Source: Bradymonadia bacterium
Lineage (GTDB): Bacteria; Myxococcota_A; Bradymonadia; UBA7976; UBA1532
DNA: 64,000 nucleotides
Assembly: GCA_049889275.1 (NCBI GenBank)
Contig: JBMHDS010000129.1
Coordinates: forward strand, 28,751-92,750
Reading direction: 5' to 3'
The position numbers were made by a program, and so were the translations under genes. Below the pieces are notes generated by a model. That model made no database searches, was not told where the DNA came from, and worked only from the letters and a program-made list of their open reading frames with translations. This document shows positions 19,182 through 30,700 of the stretch, one piece after another (position 1 is the stretch's first letter; each line of letters begins with the position of its first letter).

Positions 19182-21644
19182 TCACTGCCCACCACCGAAA
19201 TCAGACGAAGTGCGCGGCATGATTCGTCGACGATCAAAGCGATAGGTCATCACACCTGTAACCGGTACCGAGCCGATGTTGTCGGCCCAATCGTCCGATC
19301 CGTAGCTCCTATCGAATACGATGATTTCATCGTTTGAATCGCCCTGACCCCTGACCGTCCATAGCGCTTCGTCGGAGCAATTTTCATTGTCGACAGCACA
19401 TGAGTAGTTCAGATCACCTGGGACCGCATCGATGAGTCTGACGAGCACACCTTCATAGGCTTCTTCCAAAGCGTCGGCCACAGAGACCTCTGTGACAATC
19501 GGCTCTACACTCATGCCCAGACTGGTGACAATCGCCTCCGAGAGCTGCGTGTCATCGAAATACTCCTGTACGTCCGCGTCGATGGAGATGACATCGCCAA
19601 TTTCATGAGGGGTGTCACCATTGCCCAAGAACACGGCGACACCGGCATATTCACCCGAGCCGCTCTGGACCCAAATACCACGGTCCCAAACGGCGGTGAC
19701 CACCGCTTCGGGAATAAAGACCCGGGTTCCCTCAGAGATCTCGCCTCGCTGGATTTCAGCGATCGTGGCGGGCTGTCCTGCGGCAGGGAGACACACGCTC
19801 TCCGGATTGGGTGCTTCGGGGCAAAAATCGCATGCGTCACCGCGCCGGTCCATATCACTGTCGGTCTGGTCTGGGTTGGCCTCGAGGGGACAATTATCAT
19901 CTTCGTTGGCGACTGCATCACCATCGAGGTCTGAAGGCAGCGGGCTGTCATCACATGCATCGCCCAACCCGTCATTATCCGCATCGCCCTGGGTGTTGCC
20001 CTTGTAGGGTAAGCGCGGGTTGAACACCCTCGGACAATTATCATCGTCATTGTTAATGCCATCACCGTCGAGATCGTTTTCAGTCGGTAAGCCTGAAAAT
20101 TCACCCGGTCGACTCGGGATGCAAGTCGGCTCAGACGGCGGCTCCGAGTCACAGAAGATGGCCGGGTAAGCCGCATTGCCCCCATTGACATCACGCTCGA
20201 TGGTCGCAAAGGAGGTACCAAACTCATCCTGCGCGCAAATCATATATGCCTGCCCACACACATCCATGGTCTCGCAAGTCCTCAGCGCACTGACCAGCGC
20301 CGAGCGGCCAAACAGCGCTTCGCCCCCGCGTAGGACGAGCAGCACATCTTGATTACCGGCATCGATGACCGCGCGGTAGCCGGACGTACGATCACCCGCG
20401 AACACAGTGATATCAGCGAGCTTGCCCTGTTCCAGAGAGCCGATGATATGCTCATTCGCCGTCGCTCGAGCCGCATCTAGAGTCGCCATCAGCCAAAGGT
20501 CGCGATCGGTGAAGTAATTGTCGAGATAGGCGGTATTCCAAGCAGACGCACACGCCAGCTCCCGCAACATGTTCGCAGATCCTGAATAAGTCCAATCCGT
20601 GCTGAGCGCCAGTGTGCCGCCGAACCGGTGAAAGGTCTGCACCTCGGCGGTTGTGCCGTACAGGGAGATGTTCGATCTAGGCGACCAGATGAGCTTAGTG
20701 CCGTCTTGGACCATCGACCAATAATCAGCAGCGTTCAGGCCGATGGAGTGAATGTGGGCTGTATTCTTTTCCGTGAAATCTTGCCCGTTATCAAAGGACG
20801 TACTTTGGCAACGAAATTCCTCTTGTGCATACTCATCGATGCCTTCAGCCACGTGGGGTATGAAGGCTTCGAACTGCGAGACTTCATATTCGTCGTAGCG
20901 ATAATCCCATCCGCAATTAGCCCGAAATCGCCGGTTTGCGTCGCCGAGCGAAAAGGTCTGGAAGGTGACCTGCTTGAAGCCAAGTGCCCGTTCCGCATCG
21001 TCGAGCCTGTCGAGGTTTCTGATCAGGCCATTGGCTTTGCCCGAGCCCACGTAGCCCGTCACACCGCTAAAGAGCATTCGCAGCTCACCCCAACGGTTAC
21101 CGCTCGAATCTGCACCTGTGCCATGGGCATTGGACGGTGTTGAGAGCGCCTGGCGCCATTCGTGCCGATGGTCGTACCGGGTCTCTCCATGGTCGATGGG
21201 GGTGCCCTCAGTGAATGTGAGGTGGTCATGGGGATTGATGAGCCCCGGCGAGATCACCGCATCTCCACAATCGATGCGCGTCGCCATGTCAAAACCCATC
21301 TCATCGGCGCAGTCACAACCCACACAAGCAATGCGCCCATCCACGACGTAAACGGAACCGCGGCTCAAGATGCCGTTGGGAAGCAGCACTGAACCGACTA
21401 AGACCATGGACCCATTTGAACCCTCCGTGATTCGACAGGTCTCATCAGGCCCCAATTCAATCGGTTCGCCGCAGCTTTGGTCGCCTCCGCCAGAATCAAC
21501 AGTAAATCCATCTGATACGCTCTGGTCCATCGGTGCCGCATCTGTAAACGCCATGGCATCGACCGTACTCGATCCGCTACTCGATTCGTCACAGCCGAAC
21601 GTGAGCAAGCAGATGAAGACCAAGATTGCAGATGTATTTTTCAT
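19182..21644 (-). CDS. amidohydrolase-family lipoprotein fused to thrombospondin type-3 (calcium-binding) repeats and a C-terminal beta-rich domain
   Basis: Lipobox 'LTFGCDESS'. Metal-binding 'GLINPHDHLTF'. TSP3 motifs 'DLDGDGINNDDDNCP', '[12 protein letters not shown]', 'DLDGDAVANEDDNCPLEANPDQTDSDMDRRGDACDFCP'. Start at the internal ATG ('MKNTSAIL'). Confidence 0.7.
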   Translation of the reverse strand: MKNTSAILVFICLLTFGCDESSSGSSTVDAMAFTDAAPMDQSVSDGFTVDSGGGDQSCGEPIELGPDETCRITEGSNGSMVLVGSVLLPNGILSRGSVYVVDGRIACVGCDCADEMGFDMATRIDCGDAVISPGLINPHDHLTFTEGTPIDHGETRYDHRHEWRQALSTPSNAHGTGADSSGNRWGELRMLFSGVTGYVGSGKANGLIRNLDRLDDAERALGFKQVTFQTFSLGDANRRFRANCGWDYRYDEYEVSQFEAFIPHVAEGIDEYAQEEFRCQSTSFDNGQDFTEKNTAHIHSIGLNAADYWSMVQDGTKLIWSPRSNISLYGTTAEVQTFHRFGGTLALSTDWTYSGSANMLRELACASAWNTAYLDNYFTDRDLWLMATLDAARATANEHIIGSLEQGKLADITVFAGDRTSGYRAVIDAGNQDVLLVLRGGEALFGRSALVSALRTCETMDVCGQAYMICAQDEFGTSFATIERDVNGGNAAYPAIFCDSEPPSEPTCIPSRPGEFSGLPTENDLDGDGINNDDDNCPRVFNPRLPYKGNTQGDADNDGLGDACDDSPLPSDLDGDAVANEDDNCPLEANPDQTDSDMDRRGDACDFCPEAPNPESVCLPAAGQPATIAEIQRGEISEGTRVFIPEAVVTAVWDRGIWVQSGSGEYAGVAVFLGNGDTPHEIGDVISIDADVQEYFDDTQLSEAIVTSLGMSVEPIVTEVSVADALEEAYEGVLVRLIDAVPGDLNYSCAVDNENCSDEALWTVRGQGDSNDEIIVFDRSYGSDDWADNIGSVPVTGVMTYRFDRRRIMPRTSSDFGGGQ

Positions 21645-21790
21645 GGCTAACCCCTCTATTGGTGCAACACAATAAGGGTAAGGCAGGCGCGGTTTCAACT
21701 AATGTGTCGGCCTCGAGCCTGCAATCCGTCGCGCGGGCCGCGCGTGGGACGCCCATGGTTAATGGCGGTTGAACCCATTACGATTGACCG

Positions 21791-22450
21791 TCACTCGACC
21801 CGCAGGAACGGCTTCAACGCTTCTGGGGGCACGCCACCCGCCACATCAGCGGTCGACAGGTCGCCTCGCGCCCATAGACTGCGGTCGACGAAGGTATCGA
21901 AGAGAGGCTGAATTTGGGTCGAGATGGTATCTGACTCGAGTATATCGAGGGCGCGCGAGACGGCCTCGAAGGTGGACAGGAAGCGTGGGTTTTGATGCCT
22001 ACGCAGTCGATATCGCGACAGCGCGCCGCCCTGAATTGTCACCCGAGGTAGGTTGGCGAGTTCCGGTTCACGCCAGATCATCTTCTTCGCCTGCCGCCAG
22101 TTGCCATCGGGGACAATGAGATGGACGGGCATCTCCAAAGAGTCGACCCACTCGGCGGTGAGCACCGTGGCGTCTTCACTTGGAAAGAGCACACAATCGT
22201 AGTGCCCTTGTCGATGCAGACCCTGCTGCATGCCTGGCGTATCCTGCCGACCTCGAATACGAATCTGGCAATGTCTGATTCCCAGTGGCAACAAATGCCC
22301 CGTATTGGTGGAACGCCGGGACTCCTTCGCGTGCATGAGGAGCGTGCAACGCGTACGCGTGTCGATTGGTTTCATCGTGCCGCATAAGCAGAGCGGCACG
22401 TGAAGCGCGCACGCAGAACAGCGCGGTATAATGCCGCTGCGCAAGCGCAT
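21791..22450 (-). CDS. DTW-domain protein (tRNA-uridine aminocarboxypropyltransferase family)
   Basis: N-terminal Cys cluster 'CSACALHVPLCLC', motif 'LIVPDGNWRQAKKM' (DTW-like). Start chosen at 'MRLRSG', giving the typical ~220-aa length. Confidence 0.65.
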   Translation of the reverse strand: MRLRSGIIPRCSACALHVPLCLCGTMKPIDTRTRCTLLMHAKESRRSTNTGHLLPLGIRHCQIRIRGRQDTPGMQQGLHRQGHYDCVLFPSEDATVLTAEWVDSLEMPVHLIVPDGNWRQAKKMIWREPELANLPRVTIQGGALSRYRLRRHQNPRFLSTFEAVSRALDILESDTISTQIQPLFDTFVDRSLWARGDLSTADVAGGVPPEALKPFLRVE

Positions 22451-22475
22451 CACATCAGCGCTCTGTGCCACTTCG

Positions 22476-23750
22476 TCAGGGGGTTTCGGCATCATCGTCC
22501 ATGGGTAAATAGCGGTCCGGCCAGTTGGAGCAAAAACGGCATCCCGGTCCACTCGGCTCGGCAGCGCAGGCATCACAGACGGGGTCAGTGAAGCAGCCGT
22601 CATCTACACAACGCACCGAGTCTGGTGACGTTTCACCACTGACGAGCTGTGAGACCCAATCCCTGAACTTGATATCGTTGACGGTGCGGGTATCGAAGAA
22701 TGGATAGAATGAGATGCAGTGCATAGAACCCGGCGCCATGTACACGCGAAAGTTTGGCGCTGCCGCCTCGATGTTGTCCAGCGTGGTCCGTAGCCGCGGC
22801 GAGAACTCTTGGAAGTCGCCCCCCATGGCCTCCCAGAAGAAGATCTGGTCTTGATCAAAGGCTGTCGTGTACTGCGTGAAGCGATGATTGGGAAACGACT
22901 CGGCGATGGAGATGTAGACATCTTCGATGCTCAACGTTTCGAGCGGCGCTTGCAGGCGCTCGAGATAATCAGGTAGATGGGAGAGCGCATTCCAATTCGG
23001 AAAACTGTCGGTCAAAAAAGAATCCGTGATGATACCCGCCCCCGAATCTGCAAGTACTGAGACGATGGCATCCGGGTATTGAGTGGCCACCCGCGCCGAG
23101 TTCAAAATGGACCCGTATGCGCCAGCGCTGCAGCCGGTCACGAACACGGACTCGGGGTCGACAATCTTCTCGTAAGCAAACTCGAGCGCGGCCTTCGTGT
23201 TGAGGTAGCCTCGATGGTGAATGACAAGATCTTCGGTGTATTCCACCGTCGCGTTGCCCCAATGCACATCTCCGGTACAATAGGGCACATAAACAATTGA
23301 CCAGTCTTTAAACAGGCCATCGGCACTCGTATCGAAAATGCCCACGTTGAAAACGCTCTCAGCGAGGGTGTTCAAGTCTTCAGGCTCGTAGACTTTGTCG
23401 GAAAAGATGGCGTCAGCGACCGAGCATGTGAATTGATTCCAACAAGCGCCTCCGCCTTGAAAATAAACCACCAATTTCTTGGGGTCGCCATGGCGGTAGT
23501 AGAAGCGATAGGGGTCACCTCGAGAACAAATGGTCTCACCGCCTGGATATACGGTCTGCCAGGTCCCCTTCTCATAGCTTTGCATGCCACCATCGACCAT
23601 GTTCGATGCATCTGACAGCGGCCCGCCATCGCCGCCCGTCTCATTGTTAACAGCAGCATCTTCACGCGGCCTGTCAACGTTATCATCTGACTCCGAACAG
23701 CCTGGGGCGACCCAGCAAAGACATGCCAGTAATGCAAAATGAATTCTCAA
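22476..23750 (-). CDS. secreted pectin-acetylesterase / Notum-like carbohydrate esterase lipoprotein
   Basis: Lipobox 'WVAPGCSES'. Motifs 'FQGGGACWNQFTC', 'YVPYCTGDVHWGN' and the nucleophile elbow 'GCSAGAYGS' match the PAE/Notum family (PF03283-like). Cys-rich C-terminal tail. Confidence 0.6.
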   Translation of the reverse strand: MRIHFALLACLCWVAPGCSESDDNVDRPREDAAVNNETGGDGGPLSDASNMVDGGMQSYEKGTWQTVYPGGETICSRGDPYRFYYRHGDPKKLVVYFQGGGACWNQFTCSVADAIFSDKVYEPEDLNTLAESVFNVGIFDTSADGLFKDWSIVYVPYCTGDVHWGNATVEYTEDLVIHHRGYLNTKAALEFAYEKIVDPESVFVTGCSAGAYGSILNSARVATQYPDAIVSVLADSGAGIITDSFLTDSFPNWNALSHLPDYLERLQAPLETLSIEDVYISIAESFPNHRFTQYTTAFDQDQIFFWEAMGGDFQEFSPRLRTTLDNIEAAAPNFRVYMAPGSMHCISFYPFFDTRTVNDIKFRDWVSQLVSGETSPDSVRCVDDGCFTDPVCDACAAEPSGPGCRFCSNWPDRYLPMDDDAETP

Positions 23751-24003
23751 CGTGACCGTCTCCCACCAATCTGGGCGCCGACCCTGGGGCGCCCGTCGTA
23801 CTTATGATTCAAGCGCACATCTGTGGCTATCGAACTCGGCACTCGAGCCAATATTTATGCCTTGGTGTGCCACCCCTCGTCGGCTACACTACCATATGAG
23901 CTTCAGTGACGCTCAAATGTTTCAGGGCGTCTTGAGTGAGAGATTGAGCCTGCGGACGTAAGGCCCATTGGGCTGGTCTGATGCTTTAGATATGGAGTAC
24001 GAG

Positions 24004-25062
24004 ATGAGGCGCATCCGCTTGGCCCTTATGGCGACCTTGGTCATTTTCTCAATCGGCTGTGGGACCGATGACGATGCGTCGTCGGACATGATGTTTACAC
24101 TGGATGGGGGCATGCACAACGCGCAACCCGACAGCACAGCACCCACCATCGAAAAACCCGACTGTGTCTCAGCAACACTGCCGACGGCGATCCCGGCGAC
24201 GCTGGAACAGGACACATCGACGTCAAACGACACCTTTGGCCCTGCACCGTGCGTGGTCGATGGCACGGACGGGTCGAACGATTTCTCAGTGTTTTTTGTG
24301 GCGCCCGCCGCGGGTCAGTACCGTTTTAGCACCTTAGGTTCGAGCTTTGATACGGTGCTGCATGCACGCACGCCCGCCTGCGATGGCGAGCCTATCGAGT
24401 GCAATGACGATGCAGAAGAGACGACGTCGGCCTTCACCTTGGCGCTCGATAGCGGCGAGGCCGTGATCCTTGTCATCGATGGTTTTAATCGGGAAACGGG
24501 CCGAGCTGTCCTCACTGTGAGTGGCGTTGAGACCGCCTGTGACAACGGCATGGATGATGATAATGACGGTGTGTCCGATTGCGACGACAGCGATTGTTTT
24601 CTCAGCTGCGAGGATCCTGCCGACTGGCCGCAACCCTGGGTCGAATATGAGCGTGAGGTCTTAGAAGAGACCAATCGGGCGCGGGCTGAAGCACGTAACT
24701 GTGCCAACGACCGGTTTGAGCCCGCGCCGCCCCTTGAGATGGACATCTACCTGACCTACAGCGCCCGCCTCCATGCACGTGACATGGGCATCAATGATTA
24801 TTTTGAGCATACCAGCCTCGACGGTCGGTCAGCCACTGACCGCATGCGCCAAGCAGGCTTTATGGGCGCCTCACCCACAGGAGAGAACATCGCTGCCGGA
24901 CAAAATAGCCCAGCGGAAGTGGTGCAAGCCTGGATCGACAGCCCCGGTCATTGTCGAAACCTGATGGATCCAGAGTACCGTGTACTCGGCGTTGGCTATT
25001 CCGATGGACATGAGGGGCAATTCTCAAAGTTTTGGGTGCAGAACTTCGGTGGTTCACACTAG
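24004..25062 (+). CDS. secreted CAP/SCP (PR-1-like) domain lipoprotein with N-terminal PPC-like beta domain
   Basis: Lipobox 'VIFSIGCGTDDD'. C-terminal CAP signature 'GHCRNLMDPEYRVLGVGYS' and 'GENIAAGQNSPAEVVQAWIDSPGH'. Confidence 0.7.
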   Translation: MRRIRLALMATLVIFSIGCGTDDDASSDMMFTLDGGMHNAQPDSTAPTIEKPDCVSATLPTAIPATLEQDTSTSNDTFGPAPCVVDGTDGSNDFSVFFVAPAAGQYRFSTLGSSFDTVLHARTPACDGEPIECNDDAEETTSAFTLALDSGEAVILVIDGFNRETGRAVLTVSGVETACDNGMDDDNDGVSDCDDSDCFLSCEDPADWPQPWVEYEREVLEETNRARAEARNCANDRFEPAPPLEMDIYLTYSARLHARDMGINDYFEHTSLDGRSATDRMRQAGFMGASPTGENIAAGQNSPAEVVQAWIDSPGHCRNLMDPEYRVLGVGYSDGHEGQFSKFWVQNFGGSH

Positions 25063-25229
25063 GCGGAGAGGGCCTTGCCTGTCCGGGTTATCTCGGTACG
25101 ACGCGCACCACGTCGCGGCACGAGAGATTGCGCTCAAACAATGAAGGTATCGCTGACTTGGTCGACCGGAGACAAGTTCGCTTGTCCATACACGTGAAAT
25201 CTTGTACGAAGGCTGCAGTCCACGAAGCA

Positions 25230-25259
25230 GACCGCATACACCGTCGCGGTGTCTCGGTC
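25230..25259. promoter_or_regulatory. imperfect 30-nt hairpin (GACCG-cat-ACACCG-tcg-CGGTGT-ct-CGGTC) in the metG leader/promoter region
   Basis: Perfect 6-bp core palindrome ACACCGtcgCGGTGT flanked by a further 5-bp complementary arm. Lies 50 nt upstream of the metG ATG. Not followed by a U-run. Confidence 0.25.
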
Positions 25260-25309
25260 TCTGCTGCCTGCTGACGCAACTTGAGACCCAAAGTGATCGA
25301 GGGAACCCC

Positions 25310-27208
25310 ATGGATTTAAAGACCATACTCAGTCGACTCGAACGACCATCAAAAGCCGTTGTGACGGCAGGTATGCCCTACGCGAACGGCCCCCTACACA
25401 TCGGGCACATCGCAGGCGCGCAACTGCCGGCGGATATTCACGCTCGCTGGGTCGGGTTACTGATCGGTAGAGACAACGTGCTCTACGTGTGCGGCACCGA
25501 TGACCATGGCAGCACCAGCGAACTCACCGCGATGAAAGCCGGTATCCCTGTCGGTGAAGCGATCGCGAAGATACATGCCCAACAGGCCGCCGTTCTTGAG
25601 CGCTACGACATTGGACTCGACATCTATTCGGGGACCTCGAGGCCTGAGACTTTTGAACGACACGCAGCCCGGTCGCAGGCGATGATTCGCAAGCTGTATG
25701 ACAACGGTATGCTCACCAAGCGCGTCAGCAAACATTGGTACGACCCCGGCGTCGAGCGATTCCTACCGGATCGTATGGTCACGGGCACATGTCCAAACCC
25801 CAAGTGCGACAACACCCGGGCCTACAGTGATGAATGCGATGCCTGTGGCGCCAAATATGACGCGTCTGACCTGCTCAACCCACAAAGCGCAGTCAGCGAC
25901 GCCACACCCGAGCTCCGAGATTCGGCTCACCTGTGGTTGGACATGTGGCAGGTCTCCCATCTCATGAAGGAGTGGGTAGAGACGAAGGGCAAAAAATGGC
26001 GCCCGGTGGTACTACAGCAGGTCCTCGACGATCTCAAACCGTCACTTAAGTTTTCTCAGACACGGGAGGACGAATACCGAACCATCGCCGCCGAGTTACC
26101 CAAGCACAAAAAGAAGTATGCTCGCGATAAAGAGATGATGCTGCAGTTCTCGTCGAAGGCGGACCTCGCTATCGCAGGAGACGCCTTAGCAAGAATCGGT
26201 ATCGAGTCGGCGATTGTGGATGGCTGGGCACATCGCTCAATCTCACGAGATATCCCGTGGGGTATTCCGATTCCAGACATCGACCCCGACCTAAAAAATA
26301 AAACACTTTACGTGTGGCCTGATTCACTCATCGCACCCATCGCATTCACGGAAGCGGCATTGGAAAAACGCGGTCAGTCCACGGAAGATGTCGTCACATA
26401 TTGGCGCGATCCAAACGCCAAAATATACCAGTTTTTAGGGCAAGATAACGTTTTCTTCTACGTACTCATGCAGGCTGCGATGTGGTTGGGAAGCCAAGAA
26501 GATATCACGCGGTTGCCCGAGGCGGGTGACCGACAGCTCAACGAGGTGTTTGGCTGCTTTCACCTCATGGTCGACGGCCATAAGATGAGCAAGAGTCGGG
26601 GTAATTTCTACACGGCAGCACAGCTGCTCGACGAACGAGGGTACAGCGTTGACCAAATCCGCTATTACCTGGCACTCCTCGGACTCGGGGACAAAACCGG
26701 CGACCTCGACTTTGAGAACTTTGATGCGCGCAATGCATTCCTTGCAGGCCGTATGAATGCTGCGTTTGAGAAGCCCATTTCAGCTGCAAACTCTAAGTTT
26801 GGCGGCAAGGTACCCGAGGGTACTCTCGTCGATAAGGTCGAAATGGACACCTTTAGGATGGTGACGCGCTATATCAAATCGATGAAGCTCGCCAATTATC
26901 CCAATCTGCTCTACGAGCTCGAGAATTATGCGCGTAAGATCAACGCCCTGTTTACCAAGTATAAGCCCCATGATGATCGACACCCCGAGGAGCAGCGCAA
27001 GAACGCACTCTACAGCGCCTTTTTCATGCTCAAGAATCTGATGATTATGTTGCATCCATTCGTGCCCGGGGCGATGGAGCGATTACGAACATCGCTGCGC
27101 TTACCTGAATCGGTCTTGAGTATAGATGAACTTGGATCCGGCATTGAAGCAGGGCACGAAGTGGGCGAAAAGCAGGTCTATTTCCCCGCCGTCGAGTCTG
27201 CGGATTAA
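25310..27208 (+). CDS. metG: methionine--tRNA ligase (class I, zinc-knuckle type, no C-terminal tRNA-binding domain)
   Basis: HIGH motif 'PYANGPLHIGHIAG', KMSKS motif 'HKMSKSRGN', zinc knuckle 'CPNPKCDNTRAYSDECDACG'. Start at ATG 25310 ('MDLKTIL'). Confidence 0.9.
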   Translation: MDLKTILSRLERPSKAVVTAGMPYANGPLHIGHIAGAQLPADIHARWVGLLIGRDNVLYVCGTDDHGSTSELTAMKAGIPVGEAIAKIHAQQAAVLERYDIGLDIYSGTSRPETFERHAARSQAMIRKLYDNGMLTKRVSKHWYDPGVERFLPDRMVTGTCPNPKCDNTRAYSDECDACGAKYDASDLLNPQSAVSDATPELRDSAHLWLDMWQVSHLMKEWVETKGKKWRPVVLQQVLDDLKPSLKFSQTREDEYRTIAAELPKHKKKYARDKEMMLQFSSKADLAIAGDALARIGIESAIVDGWAHRSISRDIPWGIPIPDIDPDLKNKTLYVWPDSLIAPIAFTEAALEKRGQSTEDVVTYWRDPNAKIYQFLGQDNVFFYVLMQAAMWLGSQEDITRLPEAGDRQLNEVFGCFHLMVDGHKMSKSRGNFYTAAQLLDERGYSVDQIRYYLALLGLGDKTGDLDFENFDARNAFLAGRMNAAFEKPISAANSKFGGKVPEGTLVDKVEMDTFRMVTRYIKSMKLANYPNLLYELENYARKINALFTKYKPHDDRHPEEQRKNALYSAFFMLKNLMIMLHPFVPGAMERLRTSLRLPESVLSIDELGSGIEAGHEVGEKQVYFPAVESAD

Positions 27209-27314
27209 GCCAGGATATCCAACACGGTGCACACGCGTCTGAGCGAAGGGACTTGCGCAAGTGCAATGACACGCAGACCAAGCTGCGCACCTTTGGCTTG
27301 GTCGCTGAGCCGAG

Positions 27315-27692
27315 ATGGGAGAGCCGATGCGCCATCGCCATAAAGCGCTCCAGCGACAGACAACCGTACTGGTCATTCTTATCGCTGGACTCAGTGCCAC
27401 CGCGTTCTCTATGTGGGATGCTGTCGGCTTCTTCCCGTCGTATCTGATGGCCATCAACGCGGTCACATTGATGGCATTCGCCTTCGACAAGGCCATCGCA
27501 GCACGTGAGTACACACGCATACCTGAGCGCACTCTGTTTGCCCTTGCTTTACTGGGCGGAACCCCCGCAGCGCTCGTCGCCATGTCCCTGTTTCGGCACA
27601 AGATCTCCAAGCGATTATTCAAGCGGGTGGTCGGTGGGATCATCGTGGTACAAACCACCGCCTGCGTCGTTTGGTTCCAGTGGTTTCGATAG
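27315..27692 (+). CDS. DUF1294-family small membrane protein
   Basis: Motif 'RIPERTLFALALLGGTPAALVAMSLFRHKISKRLF' matches the conserved DUF1294 core. Three predicted TM helices. Confidence 0.6.
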   Translation: MGEPMRHRHKALQRQTTVLVILIAGLSATAFSMWDAVGFFPSYLMAINAVTLMAFAFDKAIAAREYTRIPERTLFALALLGGTPAALVAMSLFRHKISKRLFKRVVGGIIVVQTTACVVWFQWFR

Positions 27693-27722
27693 ACCCAACG
27701 CGACCCGTCTCATATGTCGAGA

Positions 27723-30700
27723 TCAGGCGGCTGGAATCAGGGTGTGCTCGACCAGTGGTGGCCCGGGCTGAGGCTGCTTCCAAAACCCAACCCAGGCATC
27801 CCACATCAAACGTTGGGCACCAAAGAAGAGGCTCATCGCCATCGGATCGGGCCTACCTAAACCTCTCAGTTGAGCGCGCGCCTGTCCTAAATCATAGATA
27901 GACTCGAGTTGTTTTGTTTGCTCTGACCAGGCGACCACATGGCCGGAACGAATATCGTAGGTCTCCTCAATGCCCAATACCGATTCGAGCTGTTCGCGTA
28001 CAATCTCCACGCCAGCGAGCTTGTAGTAGCCTGTTAATGCAGCGAGCAGCCAACCCAACGATTTGTCATCGAGCGTGGATACCCAGCCCGACTGCAGCGT
28101 ACCGACCACCAACCACCCCGACTTCTCTTCGAAAGCAATTTCGAATGGCCGCTCCCCCGCCTTACGACCGATCTCGACGGTGATTCGGTGGCTGCTCAAA
28201 CCGATATGTCTAACATGGGTCTTCCACAGCGCCGGCGTCGGCGCCATTGACAATGTCTTGATCAAAAACCGTGTGGTAAAGCGCTCGATCGCTGCCTCTA
28301 CGTGATGCAAACCTTCTTCAAATTTAACGGTCTTATGACCCTGTCCTTTGTGTTGAGCGAGCCTAAGCTTTCCGTACAGCGAGGGCAGCGTGCCCGAATG
28401 AAAGCCCGGCTTCATAAAGCGAAGCATCGTTTCACTGTGGTCGCCGATAATCTCCGTTTTAAAACCACCCCCCTGATTCGCGGCATACAAATTCCAATTG
28501 CTCTTAAACTCCCAAACGAGAAAGCCAAAGACACCAGGCAGTAAAACCACAGTCGCCGTTGCAATCGCATTGCCGATGACAACACCAAACACAGGCACCA
28601 AGGGGGTGGCGAACAGCGTGATCAATGTTTTTGTCAGCGGCAAAATAATCTTGTGCGACACGGTGACCACCGGAAAATGTTTGATTGGGTTGACCTGTGG
28701 TTCCACGAGCAGATTGATATAGATTCGGATCAGGTAGGTGCAGATGAACCAAGGTATGTTGAGCGCAAGCTTGAGGCCAAAGGTCAGACGACTGTCACCG
28801 CTTCTTAAGCGGAGCCATTCGTCGACGGTATAGATCGCGCGCTCCATGTATTCGATCATCCGATTGAAGGCTTGCATGACCAACTCGAACACACCGGGAA
28901 TGACATGGAACCGAACCGCCCGCCAGCTTCGAAACATCAACTCTGAGACCCCCTCTTCAAACCAACGCCAAGGGCCAGAGTTGAGGATGATGTTGGTGCA
29001 GATGAACAGGCTGCTCAGGATGATGTCTGCAGACAAACCAAAAAGTGGAAAAACCCTGATGACAGTCCAGGTAATGGCTGTGGCAAGGGATGGCTTCACA
29101 ACAAACTGAATACTGAACCGATACACGGTATGTGCTGTCAAACGACGCACCCAATCTTGCCTCATGAATCGAACCGGACCGTCTACGACGATGAACCTGA
29201 GTGCGCGCCAGGCGCTTTGAGCTGCCCGCACGACCACATTGAGCACTCTGCGCGAGTGAATCATAAAGCCGATCAACAAACCGAGCGCGCCGATGGCAGG
29301 CCAGCTCACAATACTGGCCGGACTCGAGGTGAATTTGTTGACCGCGACCATGATAGAATGCTCCAGCCCTTCCAAGAGCACAAAGGCCCCACCGAATGGA
29401 AGAACGAGGTACAGGGTCAATAGACGGCCGAGCGCGGTACCGAAGCTGAGTGAGCTCAGTTTTTGCAAACCACGCATATAAACCTCACCGCGGCGGTACA
29501 CGCCCGGCAAAGCGTCGGCGAGTCGTCTGTCAGCTCTGAGAAGTTTGTCGCCCGAGAGCAGTGCCTTTGCCGTCACATCGGGCAGTTTGAGGTCGTTCTG
29601 CGCGATCACATCGCGCAAATCACCGATATTGATAAATCCTCGGTTACAAATACGATCGAGCAACTCTTCTGTCAGCTTGGCCCATTCTATGGACTCAGCG
29701 CGATTGCTCGGTACCATTTCGGCTGCCTCTAGGGCCGCACTGATGACGCTTCGAAAGTCATCACGCAGCGCGCGTTCGCAATGGACCTCGAGATGACCTA
29801 ACTGAAGAAGTAAGGACTGAGCATCGAGTCTTGACAAACGGGTCTTGGCGATGCGCTTCATCGCCCCTCGAAGCCGCCTCAACATCTGGACTCGACGTTG
29901 CTTGCCTAACTCTTGGACCAGAGACCTTTGTCCGCGAGAACGGATCCAATCGATGGGCGCGAGTTGGTGCAGGGTCTCTTCGTGCGCGATGCACACTTTT
30001 TCGAGGTCATACAAGACCCGAGCTTCCACATTGAAGCGTTGTTTTTCGCAGTGACTCAGCAGCGAAATCAGCGACTGTGTCACGACGTCGACATCGGTGT
30101 CTGCCGAGGGGATCGCCTGAAGCAAGCGCTCAGCCAAGGTCTCCACGGCCAATCGAGCCCGATCAAGATCGGCTTCAGCGGACCTCCGATCACCATCGCT
30201 CACCCGCGCAGCGGTCGCATACAGAATCGCCGTTCGGGCGGCATTACCCTTGTCTCGAAACGTACCTGCGATCGCCCGCAAATTCGATGCAGTCCGCTCG
30301 GAGACGGGGCTGAGCGGTGCGCGCTGCGGCATCACCGGTGCGGTTGTTTTTTCAGCACTCGGTGGCATGCCGGCGCACAGAGCCGGTCTGCATGCATTAA
30401 GGATGTCTGCTTCGTCAACCTGGCCCAGCACGATGCCTGCAATATGTGGATGGTCGGACTGATGAGGAAAGGTCGCCAAAAATCCGTCCGGATCAAAATG
30501 TCGCAGCTCGAGATAAGTCGCGATGAATTCGCAATAAATCGCCCGATCATCATCCGGCTGAGCCACCCGACCCATGTGCTGAATTGCGGCGCGGATCTCA
30601 TCAAACTGGGTCTGTCCAATCCGATTGATCGTATCCCAGACAGCGTCATTGGGGAGCATGCCCGCATCGACCTGACGCCTCAACTCAGCGGTCAACAGCG

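Noticed and set aside
19511-20227. 238-aa alternative-frame ORF on the same strand within the amidohydrolase/TSP3 gene
   Set aside because: It is an off-frame reading of the TSP3 repeat region, Ser/Arg/Met-rich. The main frame carries the recognisable domains.
25032-25274. 80-aa plus-strand ORF spanning the CAP-gene end and the metG leader
   Set aside because: It has no RBS, overlaps the upstream gene's stop and the leader hairpin, and its composition is not protein-like.
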